From the NCBI GenBank assembly GCA_050953885.1, contig JBMNNJ010000002.1, positions 41,586-105,585 on the forward strand: a stretch of DNA of 64,000 nucleotides, given 5' to 3'. Origin of the DNA: Patescibacteria group bacterium. GTDB taxonomy: Bacteria > Patescibacteriota > Microgenomatia > 0-14-0-10-38-17. The translations under genes were made by a program, and so were the position numbers. The notes under the pieces were generated by a model. That model had not been told where the DNA came from. It saw only the letters and a program-made list of their open reading frames with translations, and did not search any database. This document shows, piece after piece, positions 1 through 9,366 of this stretch; position 1 is the first letter of the stretch, and each line of letters begins with the position of its first letter.

Positions 1-433
1 CCATTTCTTTTTGCACCACCTGCCGATAAGGAAGGCGGCGTTTTAGCTGATCGGCAATTTTTTGAGCAACGAACAGAGCGGAAAGTTCCGGCCTTTCCAC
101 TTCTTCAATTCTAATTTCCAAATTCTTTTCCGGCTCTTCAACGCTCACTATCTGGCAGAGCTCTTTTTTAAGCGCTTCCAAGCTTTTCCCGCCCCGGCCG
201 ATAACCACCCCGGGACGGCTTGTTTGCAAAGTAAGTTTCATTTTATTAAAAGAGCGCTCTATATTAACGGCAATTAAACCGGCCGAAGAAAGCCTTTTTT
301 CCAAAAAGCGTCTTATTTTTGCGTCCTCAAGCAAAAATTCCTGGTATTGTTTTTTCTTGCTTGCCGCCCAACGGGAAGGCCAGTCGATATTAACTCCCAG
401 GCGGTAAGCAATTGGATTAATTTTTTGACCCAT
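1..433 (-). CDS. rpsC: 30S ribosomal protein S3 (5' part; runs off window start)
   Basis: Manual translation from ATG at 433: MGQKINPIAYRLGVNIDWPSRW...; follows rplV in S10 order. Confidence 0.95.
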   Translation of the reverse strand, partial: MGQKINPIAYRLGVNIDWPSRWAASKKKQYQEFLLEDAKIRRFLEKRLSSAGLIAVNIERSFNKMKLTLQTSRPGVVIGRGGKSLEALKKELCQIVSVEEPEKNLEIRIEEVERPELSALFVAQKIADQLKRRLPYRQVVQKEM

Positions 434-473
434 AATAAATAAATTCAAAAGTAGCTTAAAGTTTATTCGAAAT

Positions 474-860
474 TTACACCTTTGGTTTTAAATTAGCCTT
501 TTTCTCTTCTTCTTTTTCTTTAAGAACAATCTCCAAATGGCTCATTCTCTTTTGGATAACTCCTGAAGAGAAACGAGCTCCGTGCGACTTGTCAATCCGT
601 TTAAGTCGGGGCCCTTCATTTACCGCCAGCGAGCTTATTAATAAATTTTCTTTCTTAAGACCAAAATTGTTCTCCGCTTCCGCCTGGGAAGAAATAATTA
701 ATTTTTCCAAAAATTTTGCTCCCCGTTGGGGAAGGGAGGCCAAAATTGTTAATGCTTCCTCGGGCGATCTGCCTACCACCAATTTTGCCACCGGCCGCAC
801 TTTTTTAGCCGATATCGGCAAAAATTTCGCCTTGGTTTTTATAGTTTTTGTTTCCGCCAT
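474..860 (-). CDS. rplV: 50S ribosomal protein L22
   Basis: ISAKKVRPVAKLV, VNEGPRLKR, SHLEIVL motifs; synteny. Confidence 0.95.
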   Translation of the reverse strand: MAETKTIKTKAKFLPISAKKVRPVAKLVVGRSPEEALTILASLPQRGAKFLEKLIISSQAEAENNFGLKKENLLISSLAVNEGPRLKRIDKSHGARFSSGVIQKRMSHLEIVLKEKEEEKKANLKPKV

Positions 861-875
861 AAGATTATTAAAATT

Positions 876-1148
876 TTAAGTCTTATCCATGGTTCTTTTC
901 ACTACCCGACCATGACCCCTGAAAGTGCGCGTCGGCGAGAATTCGCCTAAGCGATGGCCCACCATTTCCTCCACCACAAAAACCTCCACAAAATTCCGCC
1001 CGTTATGGACGGCAAACCGATGGCCCACAAATTCAGGAGGAATTTGCGAAGAACGCGCCCAAGTTTTTATGGGTTCCTTTTGGCCGGCCTTAATTTTTTT
1101 CAACAGCCGCTGGTCAATGTATGGTCCTTTTTTAGTTGATCGAGACAT
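876..1148 (-). CDS. rpsS: 30S ribosomal protein S19
   Basis: [12 protein letters not shown]...[13 protein letters not shown]. Confidence 0.97.
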   Translation of the reverse strand: MSRSTKKGPYIDQRLLKKIKAGQKEPIKTWARSSQIPPEFVGHRFAVHNGRNFVEVFVVEEMVGHRLGEFSPTRTFRGHGRVVKRTMDKT

Positions 1149-1151
1149 AAA

Positions 1152-1310
1152 TTAAAAAAGTCAAAATTCAAAAGTCAAAAGTCAAAATGAAAATGTAAAA
1201 AGTTAGTAACTCGCAATAAGTAAATTTAAAATTGCCAGTCAAAAGCTAAAAGTTCTTTTGCTTTACTTTTTAATTTTAACTTATAATTTTAACTTTTGAC
1301 TTTTGAATTG
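1152..1310. repeat. Heptamer-periodic (TCAAAA/TTTTGA) intergenic repeat locus
   Basis: gtcaaaa-ttcaaaa-gtcaaaa... followed by ...ttttaac-ttttgac-ttttgaa. Confidence 0.85.
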
Positions 1311-1320
1311 TCATTCTATT

Positions 1321-2070
1321 TTACCTCTTTTTTCTCTTAATAATATCTTTATCGCTATATTTTTTTAGTTTTCGGGTCTTTTTTCCCAAAGTTTTCTTAC
1401 CCCACGGGGTTTTAGGCGAGGGCATCCCAATCCCCGAACGACCTTCACCGCCACCATGGGGATGAGAAGCGGGATGTTGGGCCACGCCACGCACCGTGGG
1501 CCGTATTCCCCGATGGCGCTTTTGACCTGCTTTTTTAAGTTTCTTAAAACGGAATCCCTGATTGCCCACCTGACCAATAGTGGCATAGCAAAGAGAGGAA
1601 ATTTTCCTTATCTCTCCCGAGGGAAGCTTAACCTGAACTTCCTTTTTGTCTTTTGCCAAAATATAAGCCGCCGCTCCGGCGCTTCTTACCAGCTGTCCAC
1701 CCTTGCCCGGTTTTAATTCTAAATTATGAATCGGCATTCCCACCGGAATTCTTTTTAGCGCCGTCGCATTTCCTTCTTTAAGAGGGGCCTTGGGACCGGC
1801 GATAACCCTACCCCCTATTTTCATACCAGTGGTAGCTAAAATATAACGTCGCTGGCCATCTGGATAAAGAATGCGCGCAATATTGGCATTCCTTTTGGGA
1901 TCATATTCAATCGCTTCTATCTCCCCCTCAATTCCTTTTTTGTTCCGCCGCCAGTCAATCAAGCGCAAGCGCTGTTTCTCGCCGCCGCCCTGATGGCGCA
2001 CCACCACTCGACCATGACTGCGTCCCGCCTTGCTCTTGGTAGCCCGGGTTAGTTTTTTTTCAATTTTCAT
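1321..2070 (-). CDS. rplB: 50S ribosomal protein L2 (short N-terminus)
   Basis: IEYDPKRNANIA, RPTVRGVAQHPASHPHGGGEGR. Confidence 0.97.
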   Translation of the reverse strand: MKIEKKLTRATKSKAGRSHGRVVVRHQGGGEKQRLRLIDWRRNKKGIEGEIEAIEYDPKRNANIARILYPDGQRRYILATTGMKIGGRVIAGPKAPLKEGNATALKRIPVGMPIHNLELKPGKGGQLVRSAGAAAYILAKDKKEVQVKLPSGEIRKISSLCYATIGQVGNQGFRFKKLKKAGQKRHRGIRPTVRGVAQHPASHPHGGGEGRSGIGMPSPKTPWGKKTLGKKTRKLKKYSDKDIIKRKKR

Positions 2071-2378
2071 TTTTTACCCTCCTCTTCTTTGGGAAAATCA
2101 TAAAAATCAAAACTTTCGCCTTCTTTAAGCTGAACAAAAGCTTTTTTGACGCCCGCTTTCTCTATCATCCGCCGATGCTTCCCCAACACCATCTTTTTTT
2201 CACTGCCGGTTTTGGCGGTGCGTACCGTTAAAACCTTTTTCCCAAAAAATTGCCTTATTGCCTCTTTTATTTCTCCTTTGGTGGCTTTTCCGTCCACCAA
2301 AAAAGTATAGGTGTTCCCATCCTGACTCATCGCCTTCTCGCTGATTAATGGTTTTTTAACAACCCAAGACAAATCCAT
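2067..2378 (-). CDS. rplW: 50S ribosomal protein L23
   Basis: KKPLISEKA, ATKGEIKEAI, KKAFVQL. Confidence 0.95.
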   Translation of the reverse strand: MDLSWVVKKPLISEKAMSQDGNTYTFLVDGKATKGEIKEAIRQFFGKKVLTVRTAKTGSEKKMVLGKHRRMIEKAGVKKAFVQLKEGESFDFYDFPKEEEGKK

Positions 2379-2483
2379 AAAGCTCCCCCTTAGGGGTAAA
2401 TTATTAATGCGTAATTATAATACCATCCGTCATTCCGTCCGCCAGCGGGCGGATTGAATTTCGCGTTATTATTATGCCAGCCA

Positions 2484-2577
2484 TTCGCTCATTCGCGTCC
2501 ATTCGTTTCCCATTCGCGTTAATTCGCGTCTTAGCAATTTAACCGTTTAATAAAATGCATCTTATTATCTTAGTATC
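2484..2577. repeat. ATTCG-periodic repeat arm plus octamer arms
   Basis: attcgctc-attcgcgtcc-attcgtttccc-attcgcgtta-attcgcgtc then ttagcaat-ttaaccgt. Confidence 0.85.
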
Positions 2578-3250
2578 ATTTCTTAATTAGCTTCTTCGCT
2601 TTCTCTTTCGATTTTTTAGCCGGTTTTCCCTCTAAAACCGCCAAGCTCGCTTTTGTGAAAACCAACGCTTCTCTCTCCAAAACTAAATAAGGATTAAGCA
2701 TCTCGGGTAAAAGAACTTTTACCCCGACAAGATTTCTAAAAGCCCGGCCCACTTTTTCTTTTTCTTCCTTAGCCATTACCACCCCTACCTTCTGTGCCGC
2801 TAAGTTTATTTTTTGAAGCAATTCCTCGGCTTTTTTGGTTTTGGGTGTCATTTTTTCAATGTCGGTTACCATCTTTATTCTTCCTTCGTTTGCTTTTTGG
2901 GATAAGGCCGCCGCCAGCGCCCTTTTTCTCATCTTTTTCGGCAAACTTAAGCGAATTTTTATTCCTTTTGGGCCATGAGCTTTGCCTCCCCCCACAAAAA
3001 TTGGCGCCTGACGATCGCCGTGGCGCGCCCGACCGGTTCCCTTTTGGGAATAAATTTTACGACCAGAGCCGGCTACCTCGGCGCGCGTCTTTGCTTTTGG
3101 AAAGGCGCGGCGCTGATTAGCTAAATAAACCCGCACCGCTTGGGCTAAAAGAACCTCGTTTACCTCCTGGCCAAAAAATTCCGCCGGCAGTTTTACCTTT
3201 TTCTCCTGCTTTTCGCCTTGATAGTTATATAAATCAACGGTTAGAGACAT
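2576..3250 (-). CDS. rplD: 50S ribosomal protein L4
   Basis: KTRAEVAGSGRKIYSQKGTGRARHG, GGGKAHGPK. Confidence 0.97.
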   Translation of the reverse strand: MSLTVDLYNYQGEKQEKKVKLPAEFFGQEVNEVLLAQAVRVYLANQRRAFPKAKTRAEVAGSGRKIYSQKGTGRARHGDRQAPIFVGGGKAHGPKGIKIRLSLPKKMRKRALAAALSQKANEGRIKMVTDIEKMTPKTKKAEELLQKINLAAQKVGVVMAKEEKEKVGRAFRNLVGVKVLLPEMLNPYLVLEREALVFTKASLAVLEGKPAKKSKEKAKKLIKK

Positions 3251-3257
3251 CTTTAAT

Positions 3258-3335
3258 TAATTCAAAATGCAAAAGTCAAAATTCAAAATTTCAAGTCAAA
3301 AGTTAAAAGTTTTTTTGCTCTACTTTTGAATTTTT
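3258..3335. repeat. Heptamer repeat element overlapping the rplC 3' end
   Basis: caagtcaaaagttaaaagttttttgctctactttt; similar to ~1225-1275 and, inverted, to ~32300-32360. Confidence 0.8.
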
Positions 3336-3953
3336 AATAATCTTCACCCAACCGTTAATTGCCCCCGGCACGGCGCCCTTAAGATAAAGATAATTTTTCT
3401 CCGTATCAATTTTGAAAATTTCCAGATTCTTAACCGTCACCTTTTCATTACCAAAATGGCCGGCCATTTTCTGCCCCCGATAAACTCGGCCGGGCGTGCT
3501 TCGCTGGCCGATAGAACCCGGCGCCCGGTGGCGGTCAGACTGGCCATGAGTCGCCGGGCCACCATGAAAACCGTGCCTCTTAATCGCTCCGCTAAAACCA
3601 CGGCCTTTGGAAAAACCGGTCACCTTCACTTTTTCCCCTTCCTTGAAAACCTGATCTAAACTAATTTGCTCGCCCACTTTTAAGTCCGCGCTGTCGCCCC
3701 GTACTTCCCAAATTTTTGCCGGCGCCGTCTTAAGACCGGCTTTTTTTGCCTCCCCTAGAGTTGGTTTTTTATTGTATTTCCCTTTTCCTTGGCCAAAAGC
3801 AAGCTTTACCGCCTCCACCCCTTCTTTCTCACCGCTTTTAAGCTGTAAAATCGTTACCGGACCAGCTTCAACAATTGTTAGGGGCACCACCCGGCCTTCT
3901 TGGTCAAAATCCTGGGTCATACCCTTTTTTTTGCCAATTAAACCGTTTAGCAT
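3303..3953 (-). CDS. rplC: 50S ribosomal protein L3
   Basis: GKKKGMTQ, SKGRGFSGAIKRHGF, HRAPGSIG, KGAVPG. Confidence 0.97.
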   Translation of the reverse strand: MLNGLIGKKKGMTQDFDQEGRVVPLTIVEAGPVTILQLKSGEKEGVEAVKLAFGQGKGKYNKKPTLGEAKKAGLKTAPAKIWEVRGDSADLKVGEQISLDQVFKEGEKVKVTGFSKGRGFSGAIKRHGFHGGPATHGQSDRHRAPGSIGQRSTPGRVYRGQKMAGHFGNEKVTVKNLEIFKIDTEKNYLYLKGAVPGAINGWVKIIKNSKVEQKNF

Positions 3954-3978
3954 TTTCTCATTTTAAATTTATAACCAT

Positions 3979-4008
3979 AAAAAAAGAAGCCAACGGAGGC
4001 TTCTTTTT
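3979..4008 (-). terminator. Terminator-like hairpin in the rplC leader
   Basis: Minus strand aaaaagaagcc-tccgtt-ggcttctttttt, hairpin followed by a U-tract. Confidence 0.45.
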
Positions 4009-4095
4009 CAAAAACACCAACTACTTAACCTTAAGGCCTTATGTTTACAAGAAAAATCCTGCTTTCTCCAAAACCTTTACCTCCAAAAGTGTTTT

Positions 4096-4124
4096 AATTC
4101 TATCACAAGCTTTAGCAAATGACA
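4096..4124 (-). promoter_or_regulatory. Putative sigma70 promoter for rplC
   Basis: Minus strand TTGTCA-17 nt-TAGAAT. Confidence 0.55.
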
Positions 4125-4127
4125 ACT

Positions 4128-4540
4128 GAAACACGAATTAAAACGAATGGGAAACGAATGGACACGAATGAGCGAATAAAAATAATTCAAAAGGCAAAAG
4201 TCAAAATTCAAAAGTACAAGTTAAAAGTCAAAATTAGAAAACTAAATTGCTAAATTGTTAAAAACGTCATCCTGATGAAAATCAGGATCTGCCTTATCCA
4301 CTAAACAAGAAACGATTCTGTCCGCCAGCTGGCGGATCGTCAGAATGACAGTTACGATCAGCCCGCAATAATGAAACAAAATTTTCCCCCAATTTTCAAT
4401 TTCTTAATTTCAGCCCCGCCAGAGCGGGGCGAATTTCCAATTTCCATTTATCATTTTCATACTTAATACTTAATACCAATACAGGATATAATTTTTGCCA
4501 TTTGCGTTTTGAGTTTATTTTTCGCGTCCATTCGCATCTT
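4128..4540. repeat. Composite nested repeat locus (CGAAT arm, heptamer arm, octamer arm, RPE-like palindromes, micro-palindromes); left arm of the cassette inverted repeat
   Basis: 4217-4275 is the exact reverse complement of 7602-7660. Confidence 0.9.
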
Positions 4541-4595
4541 TTACCCATGAAAGTTTGAAATAAGCAAAGGGAATCTTAAGAAGACAGGGGTTTAA

Positions 4596-5717
4596 TTACT
4601 TTTCTTCAGGAGTCTGGCCGGTTTTGTTTTCCTCTTCTTTTTTCAAAACCTCTTTTTTATAATGCCGCACCTCGGCCTCCAAGAGCTTTTTCTCGTCAAG
4701 CTGGCGTTTAATGGAAATGATAAGCAGAATAATAATCGCCAGCGCCAAGGCAACGGCGAGCATTATCTTCCACGGCAAAATCCAAAAGAAAATGGTGTAG
4801 GTAAGCGTTTGGCCGTCGCCATAAAGGCCATTAAGGGTGGCGGCGTAGCGGCCAAAATGCCATTTGCCGCCAAATTCCGCCTCATATTTTCTCCCCGCTT
4901 GAGGAAGAATGTTTTGCTGGGGAAGATGAATCAACTCGCCGTCGGCAAGTCCCAGTGTATTTTTCACCTCAATTTCCAAAACCGGCTTAATATGAACATT
5001 ACTTTGGTTTAAAATCCGGGCGGAAAATGGCACCGGACCATACTCGTAAATCGTCTTGGGAGTGGAAAATTCGCTTACCTGAGCGGCAAAATTAACCGGG
5101 CCGGCAATTCTCACCAGATGAAGCGAAGCGACATTTAAATTCACCGCCGCCCCACCTACCGGCCGGCCTGAAGCATCAACGTTCGCCTGCTCCCCCGCCA
5201 ATAAAGCGGTGAGGGCAAAATAAAAACCGCCCGGTTCCGCCGTTTGCGGTAGACTAATGGTATAAACCACTTCCGCCCGCTCACCCGGCTCAAGATCCAA
5301 AACCGCCGGATTAATAATCACCCAGTTTTGAGAATCAGGCAGTTCCTCATCGGCCACATCCACCCCGCCTGTTTCTCCGGCGGCAGTAAAAGGCGAGGCC
5401 CGTAAAATCAAGCGCACTTTTTGCTCCCCTTGATTGGTTAACGCAAGCTGATAAGAATTTGTGCTTCCCGGTGAAAGCTCCAGCTCGCGCACCGGCGGGC
5501 TAATGGTTAAAAAGTTGGCGTTTGGAGAAACTGGGGTGGGAGTGGGGACGGGGGAAAGCTCTAAAGCCGGAGAAGGAGAAACCGTGACCACCGCGCTTCC
5601 CGCCGGGGTGGCTGTTTCTACCACAACTTCCTCCTCTTGGGCGCCTGTCTGGCTTGTCCCCAAAAGGCTTAAGGCGGTTAAAAGAAAAAGAAAAAAGTAG
5701 GCAGGTCTTATTTTCAT
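4596..5717 (-). CDS. Membrane-anchored surface protein, DUF916/DUF3324 (WxL-interacting)-like
   Basis: Signal peptide from MKIRPAYFF (ATG 5717), Pro/Thr linker, PGGFYFAL, NQSNVHIKP, FGRYAATL, C-terminal TM FFWILPWK; family call is by motif recall. Confidence 0.6.
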   Translation of the reverse strand: MKIRPAYFFLFLLTALSLLGTSQTGAQEEEVVVETATPAGSAVVTVSPSPALELSPVPTPTPVSPNANFLTISPPVRELELSPGSTNSYQLALTNQGEQKVRLILRASPFTAAGETGGVDVADEELPDSQNWVIINPAVLDLEPGERAEVVYTISLPQTAEPGGFYFALTALLAGEQANVDASGRPVGGAAVNLNVASLHLVRIAGPVNFAAQVSEFSTPKTIYEYGPVPFSARILNQSNVHIKPVLEIEVKNTLGLADGELIHLPQQNILPQAGRKYEAEFGGKWHFGRYAATLNGLYGDGQTLTYTIFFWILPWKIMLAVALALAIIILLIISIKRQLDEKKLLEAEVRHYKKEVLKKEEENKTGQTPEEK

Positions 5718-5767
5718 TTTGAGAATTATTTTATATAAATCAAAATGCAAATGTCAAATACAATTCT

Positions 5768-5842
5768 GTAGGGGCGGACCCATGTGTCCGCCCGTCAAGA
5801 GGTCCGTACCTTAATCGGGTCGACACATGGGTCGACCCCTAC
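5768..5842. repeat. GTAG-family REP doublet (REPIN-like)
   Basis: GTAGgggcggacccatgtgtccgccc ... gggtcgacacatgggtcgacccCTAC in inverted orientation. Confidence 0.85.
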
Positions 5843-5849
5843 GGGTTTC

Positions 5850-5935
5850 TTTGCGTTTTGCGATTTAAGATTTGAGTTTATTTATTGTTTTTGAATTTCT
5901 AATTTTAACTTTTGAATTTTGAATTTTGAATTTTT
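5850..5935. repeat. Heptamer repeat arm
   Basis: ttgcgttttgcgatttaagatttgagtttat...ttttgaattttgaattttgaa. Confidence 0.85.
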
Positions 5936-7219
5936 TTAGTACCTCCCCGTGCATAAATAGGAAACCGTCCCTGAATACACACCCGCGGGCTGAAGCCCGG
6001 AAATTTCCACCCTATAAACTACATACCCCTGACCATTGGTGTCCCCACCCGTACCCGCGCCATTGGCCGGACCGTCATGGGACAAAATCGCCTCATAAGT
6101 GGTAGAAAGACCGGCAAACTTGGCGCCGGTAAAACGGTCCGCCACGCCGCCCGTGCCAAGATCATCTAAGGTTAAATCGGTCGTCCCATAGCCAATATGG
6201 CCATAAGTTTGCTCCGTGCCCGCCGTACCCGAAGGTGGGGCCCACACCGCGGGCGTACTATTATCCTGCAAAATGCCATCTTGGAAAACGTCAATATCAT
6301 CCACCGTGGCCGAGCAAAGCGTGCCGGGCGTGCCGTCGGCATTACATTCATAATGCTTGACGGCAAAATAAAAACCATGAGCGCCGTTGGTAGAAACCTT
6401 AATCAGCTGGCCCGATTGGGAAGCCTGATTAGCGTTTAAAATCCCAAAAGGAATGGTGGTGGCGGTGGTGGTAAAACCGGCCGTGCCATAAGTATTGCCG
6501 CCGAGAGTGTCAAAATTTATTCCCGAGGCAACCCCCGCCACTTCGCAAGAAAGGGTCGCCTGCACCTCGGCGGTAATGGTAACCGCGTCGATAATCGCCA
6601 CCCGCACCGTCGCCTTATCAAGGGTAACAGAACTGGCGTCCTGGGTTTCATAGGCCACTACATAAGTATCGGCTATTCCCGCTCCCGCTAACTTAGCTGG
6701 ATTGGCAATATCATCAAGTCCGGTGGCAGCCCCGTCGCCAATGGTAATCTCCACATACTGATCGGCGGGAATACCGGCACAAGCACCTTCGCCCGGCAGA
6801 GTAAAAGTAATAATCTCATCGGTAGCATTTACTCCCACCCCCACCATACCGCTACCCGGCGTTCCTCCCAAAGTACAAGGAGTCGCCCCCGACATATCGG
6901 CGCTGGCGCTGTAGCGCATCATCATATCCGCCGCATCATGATCGGTAGTTATATTAAATTCGGTGGGGTAATCAATAATAATTTTTCCCGACAAGGGAAT
7001 AGCGGTGGTGGTTTGAAAATAGGCCGTGTGTTTGGTGTTGGGAAACTCGGGCCGGGAATCGGAGAGAGTCAGCTTGGCATTACGAAGGTTGGCTACCGAC
7101 CAGGCGGTTTGTCGCCCAACAACTTGGGGGAAAAGGGTAAAAAAGAACAAAGAAACAATTAAAAAAGAACCACCAATTCGGGCGATTGGCGAATCACCCC
7201 GGCATTTAATTTTGCTCAT
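5936..7219 (-). CDS. Secreted Thr/Gly/Ala-rich surface protein (WxL/pilin-subunit-like C-terminus)
   Basis: N-terminal hydrophobic segment, beta-rich composition, C-terminal AGVYSGTVSYLCTGRY; paired with the DUF916-like gene. Confidence 0.6.
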   Translation of the reverse strand: MSKIKCRGDSPIARIGGSFLIVSLFFFTLFPQVVGRQTAWSVANLRNAKLTLSDSRPEFPNTKHTAYFQTTTAIPLSGKIIIDYPTEFNITTDHDAADMMMRYSASADMSGATPCTLGGTPGSGMVGVGVNATDEIITFTLPGEGACAGIPADQYVEITIGDGAATGLDDIANPAKLAGAGIADTYVVAYETQDASSVTLDKATVRVAIIDAVTITAEVQATLSCEVAGVASGINFDTLGGNTYGTAGFTTTATTIPFGILNANQASQSGQLIKVSTNGAHGFYFAVKHYECNADGTPGTLCSATVDDIDVFQDGILQDNSTPAVWAPPSGTAGTEQTYGHIGYGTTDLTLDDLGTGGVADRFTGAKFAGLSTTYEAILSHDGPANGAGTGGDTNGQGYVVYRVEISGLQPAGVYSGTVSYLCTGRY

Positions 7220-7228
7220 CTTAACTTA

Positions 7229-7257
7229 ATTATTAACAAAACTTTTTCTTTTGTCAA
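7229..7257 (-). promoter_or_regulatory. Putative sigma70 promoter of the surface-protein cassette
   Basis: Minus strand TTGACA-17 nt-AATAAT about 10 nt before ATG 7219. Confidence 0.55.
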
Positions 7258-7464
7258 GAAAGAAACCGCAGATTAAATTGTTTTATTGCTGGCGCGAACT
7301 GAAATCCGCTAATCCATTTTTTGGGAGTAGCGCAATTTATTGCGCGCTTTTCTTGGCGCTACACTTTTCCCCTTAATTTCACTATTAGCGCTCTTCCCTC
7401 TTATCAAAGAGTAAGTTTTCCTTGGCTGATTTTCAGCGTAGCAATCTTTTTTCCTGTTGTCAAG

Positions 7465-7735
7465 AAGATTCTGAATCAAGTTCAGAATGACGCTAATCGT
7501 GGCCGTCATTCCTGAATTAAATTCAGGACAGGTTCTGACGAAAGTGTCCTTCTGACGAAAGTCAGAATCATTCCTTAAGACAAGACGATCCTGAATCAAG
7601 TTCAGGATGACGTTTTTAACAATTTAGCAATTTAGTTTTCTAATTTTGACTTTTAACTTGCACTTTTGACTTTTAACTTTTGAATTTTGAATTTTTTTTC
7701 ATTCGTGTTAATTCGTGTTTTTAGCAATTTAACAA
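7465..7735. repeat. Cluster of RPE-like palindromes plus right arm of the cassette inverted repeat
   Basis: gattctgaatcaagttcagaatgac, ttctgacgaaagtcagaatc, gatcctgaatcaagttcaggatgac; 7602-7660 is the reverse complement of 4217-4275. Confidence 0.9.
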
Positions 7736-7744
7736 TCTCGTCTT

Positions 7745-8053
7745 TTACATCTTAATCTCAATCTCCACCCCCGCGGGGAGGTCAAGATGCTGGAGAGAAT
7801 CAATGGTTTTGCTGGTGGGGTCTAAAATATCAACGAGGCGTTTGTGAACAAGAAGCTGGTAGTGGTCTTGGGCGTCTTTATCGGTGTTGGGGCTTTTCAA
7901 AACGGTAAATAAACGTCGTTTCGTGGGGAGAGGAATGGGGCCGCTTACCTTAGCTCCCGTTAAGAGGGCGGTTTCCACAATCTTGGCCGCTGTTTCATCA
8001 ATCAGCCGATGATCAAAAGCCTTAAGGCGCACCCGCAACTGCTGCTTGGCCAT
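7745..8053 (-). CDS. rpsJ: 30S ribosomal protein S10
   Basis: [32 protein letters not shown]. Confidence 0.98.
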   Translation of the reverse strand: MAKQQLRVRLKAFDHRLIDETAAKIVETALLTGAKVSGPIPLPTKRRLFTVLKSPNTDKDAQDHYQLLVHKRLVDILDPTSKTIDSLQHLDLPAGVEIEIKM

Positions 8054-8083
8054 AAAATGATGTCAAAGAATAAAAAGCCGCTC

Positions 8084-9295
8084 TTAGGCAATTACCTTGG
8101 TAATTACCCCGGCGCCCACGGTTTTCCCGCCTTCACGCACGGCAAAACGCAACCCTTCTTCTAAAGCCACCGGCGTGATTAATTTCACCTGACCGGCAAT
8201 ATTATCACCCGGCATCACCATCTCCACTCCCTTCGGCAAGGTTACCTCGCCGGTAACATCGGTGGTGCGAATATAAAATTGCGGCCGATAGCCGGTGAAG
8301 AAAGGCGTGTGCCGCCCTCCTTCCTCCTTAGTTAAAACATAAAGCTGGGCTTCAAATTCGGTGTGGGGAGTAACCGTTCCCGGCTTGGCAATCACCTGCC
8401 CCCGCTGGACTTCGTCTTTTTCTACTCCCCGCAAAAGCAAACCCACATTGTCGCCCGCCATTGCCTCATCCAGACTTTTTCTAAACATCTCAATGCCGGT
8501 AACCACTGTTTTCTTCGTTTTCTCGGAAAGACCAACAATTTCCACTTCTTCGTTAACTTTAAGAACCCCTCTTGCCACCTTACCGGTTACCACGGTGCCC
8601 CGCCCTTTAATGGAGAAAACATCTTCCACCGGCATTAAAAAGGGTTTTTCCACATCCCGCTTGGGCAGAGGAATATACTCGTCTACTTTTTCCATTAACG
8701 TTAAAATCGGCCCACACCACTGGCATTCTTTTTTGCCGCAACCGCATTCCAGCGCCTTAAGGGCGGAACCGCGAACAACGGGGATATTCTTCCCGTCAAA
8801 TTCATACTTGGTTAAAAGCTCTCTTATTTCTTCCTCCACCAAATCCACTAGTTCCGGATCATCAACAGCGTCAACTTTATTCAAGAAAACCACCATCGCC
8901 GGCACATTCACCTGCTTGGCCAAAAGAAGATGTTCTCGAGTCTGGGGCATCGGGCCGTCGGCGGCGGAAACCACTAAAATCGCCCCGTCCATTTGCGCCG
9001 CGCCGGTGATCATGTTTTTCACGTAATCGGCATGACCGGGACAATCAATATGGGCGTAATGACGGTTAGCAGTTTCGTATTCTAAATGGGAGATGTCAAT
9101 CGTCACCCCGCGCTGTTTTTCCTCCGGGGCCTTGTCAATTTGGTCAAATGATATCGCTTGCGTGGGATTACCTGGTTGGGCAGAAAGCACTTTGGTAATC
9201 GCCGCGGTCAGGGTGGTTTTCCCGTGATCCACGTGACCAATCGTGCCAATATTCAAATGGGGTTTGGTGCGTTCAAATTTTTTGCTTTCGGCCAT
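8084..9295 (-). CDS. tuf: Elongation factor Tu
   Basis: [28 protein letters not shown]. Confidence 0.99.
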   Translation of the reverse strand: MAESKKFERTKPHLNIGTIGHVDHGKTTLTAAITKVLSAQPGNPTQAISFDQIDKAPEEKQRGVTIDISHLEYETANRHYAHIDCPGHADYVKNMITGAAQMDGAILVVSAADGPMPQTREHLLLAKQVNVPAMVVFLNKVDAVDDPELVDLVEEEIRELLTKYEFDGKNIPVVRGSALKALECGCGKKECQWCGPILTLMEKVDEYIPLPKRDVEKPFLMPVEDVFSIKGRGTVVTGKVARGVLKVNEEVEIVGLSEKTKKTVVTGIEMFRKSLDEAMAGDNVGLLLRGVEKDEVQRGQVIAKPGTVTPHTEFEAQLYVLTKEEGGRHTPFFTGYRPQFYIRTTDVTGEVTLPKGVEMVMPGDNIAGQVKLITPVALEEGLRFAVREGGKTVGAGVITKVIA

Positions 9296-9328
9296 GTTAA
9301 TTATTTTATAACTTAAAAGACTGTCTTG

Positions 9329-9357
9329 ATTTTAACCATCATTATTATCTTTGTCAA
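9329..9357 (-). promoter_or_regulatory. Putative sigma70 promoter for tuf
   Basis: Minus strand TTGACA-17 nt-TAAAAT. Confidence 0.7.
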
Positions 9358-9366
9358 GAGGGAAAT

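Noticed and set aside
4128-4260. Periodic repeats as a CRISPR array
   Set aside because: Units are 7-11 nt, degenerate and contiguous, with no unique spacers and no cas genes in the window.
7309-7599. ORFs 7309-7599 and 7321-7515
   Set aside because: They are translations of RPE/REP palindromes with no protein-like signal.
8361-9026. Long antisense ORFs over tuf, rpoB, rpoC and dnaK (e.g. 8361-9026, 57792-58451)
   Set aside because: Typical shadow frames of highly conserved genes.
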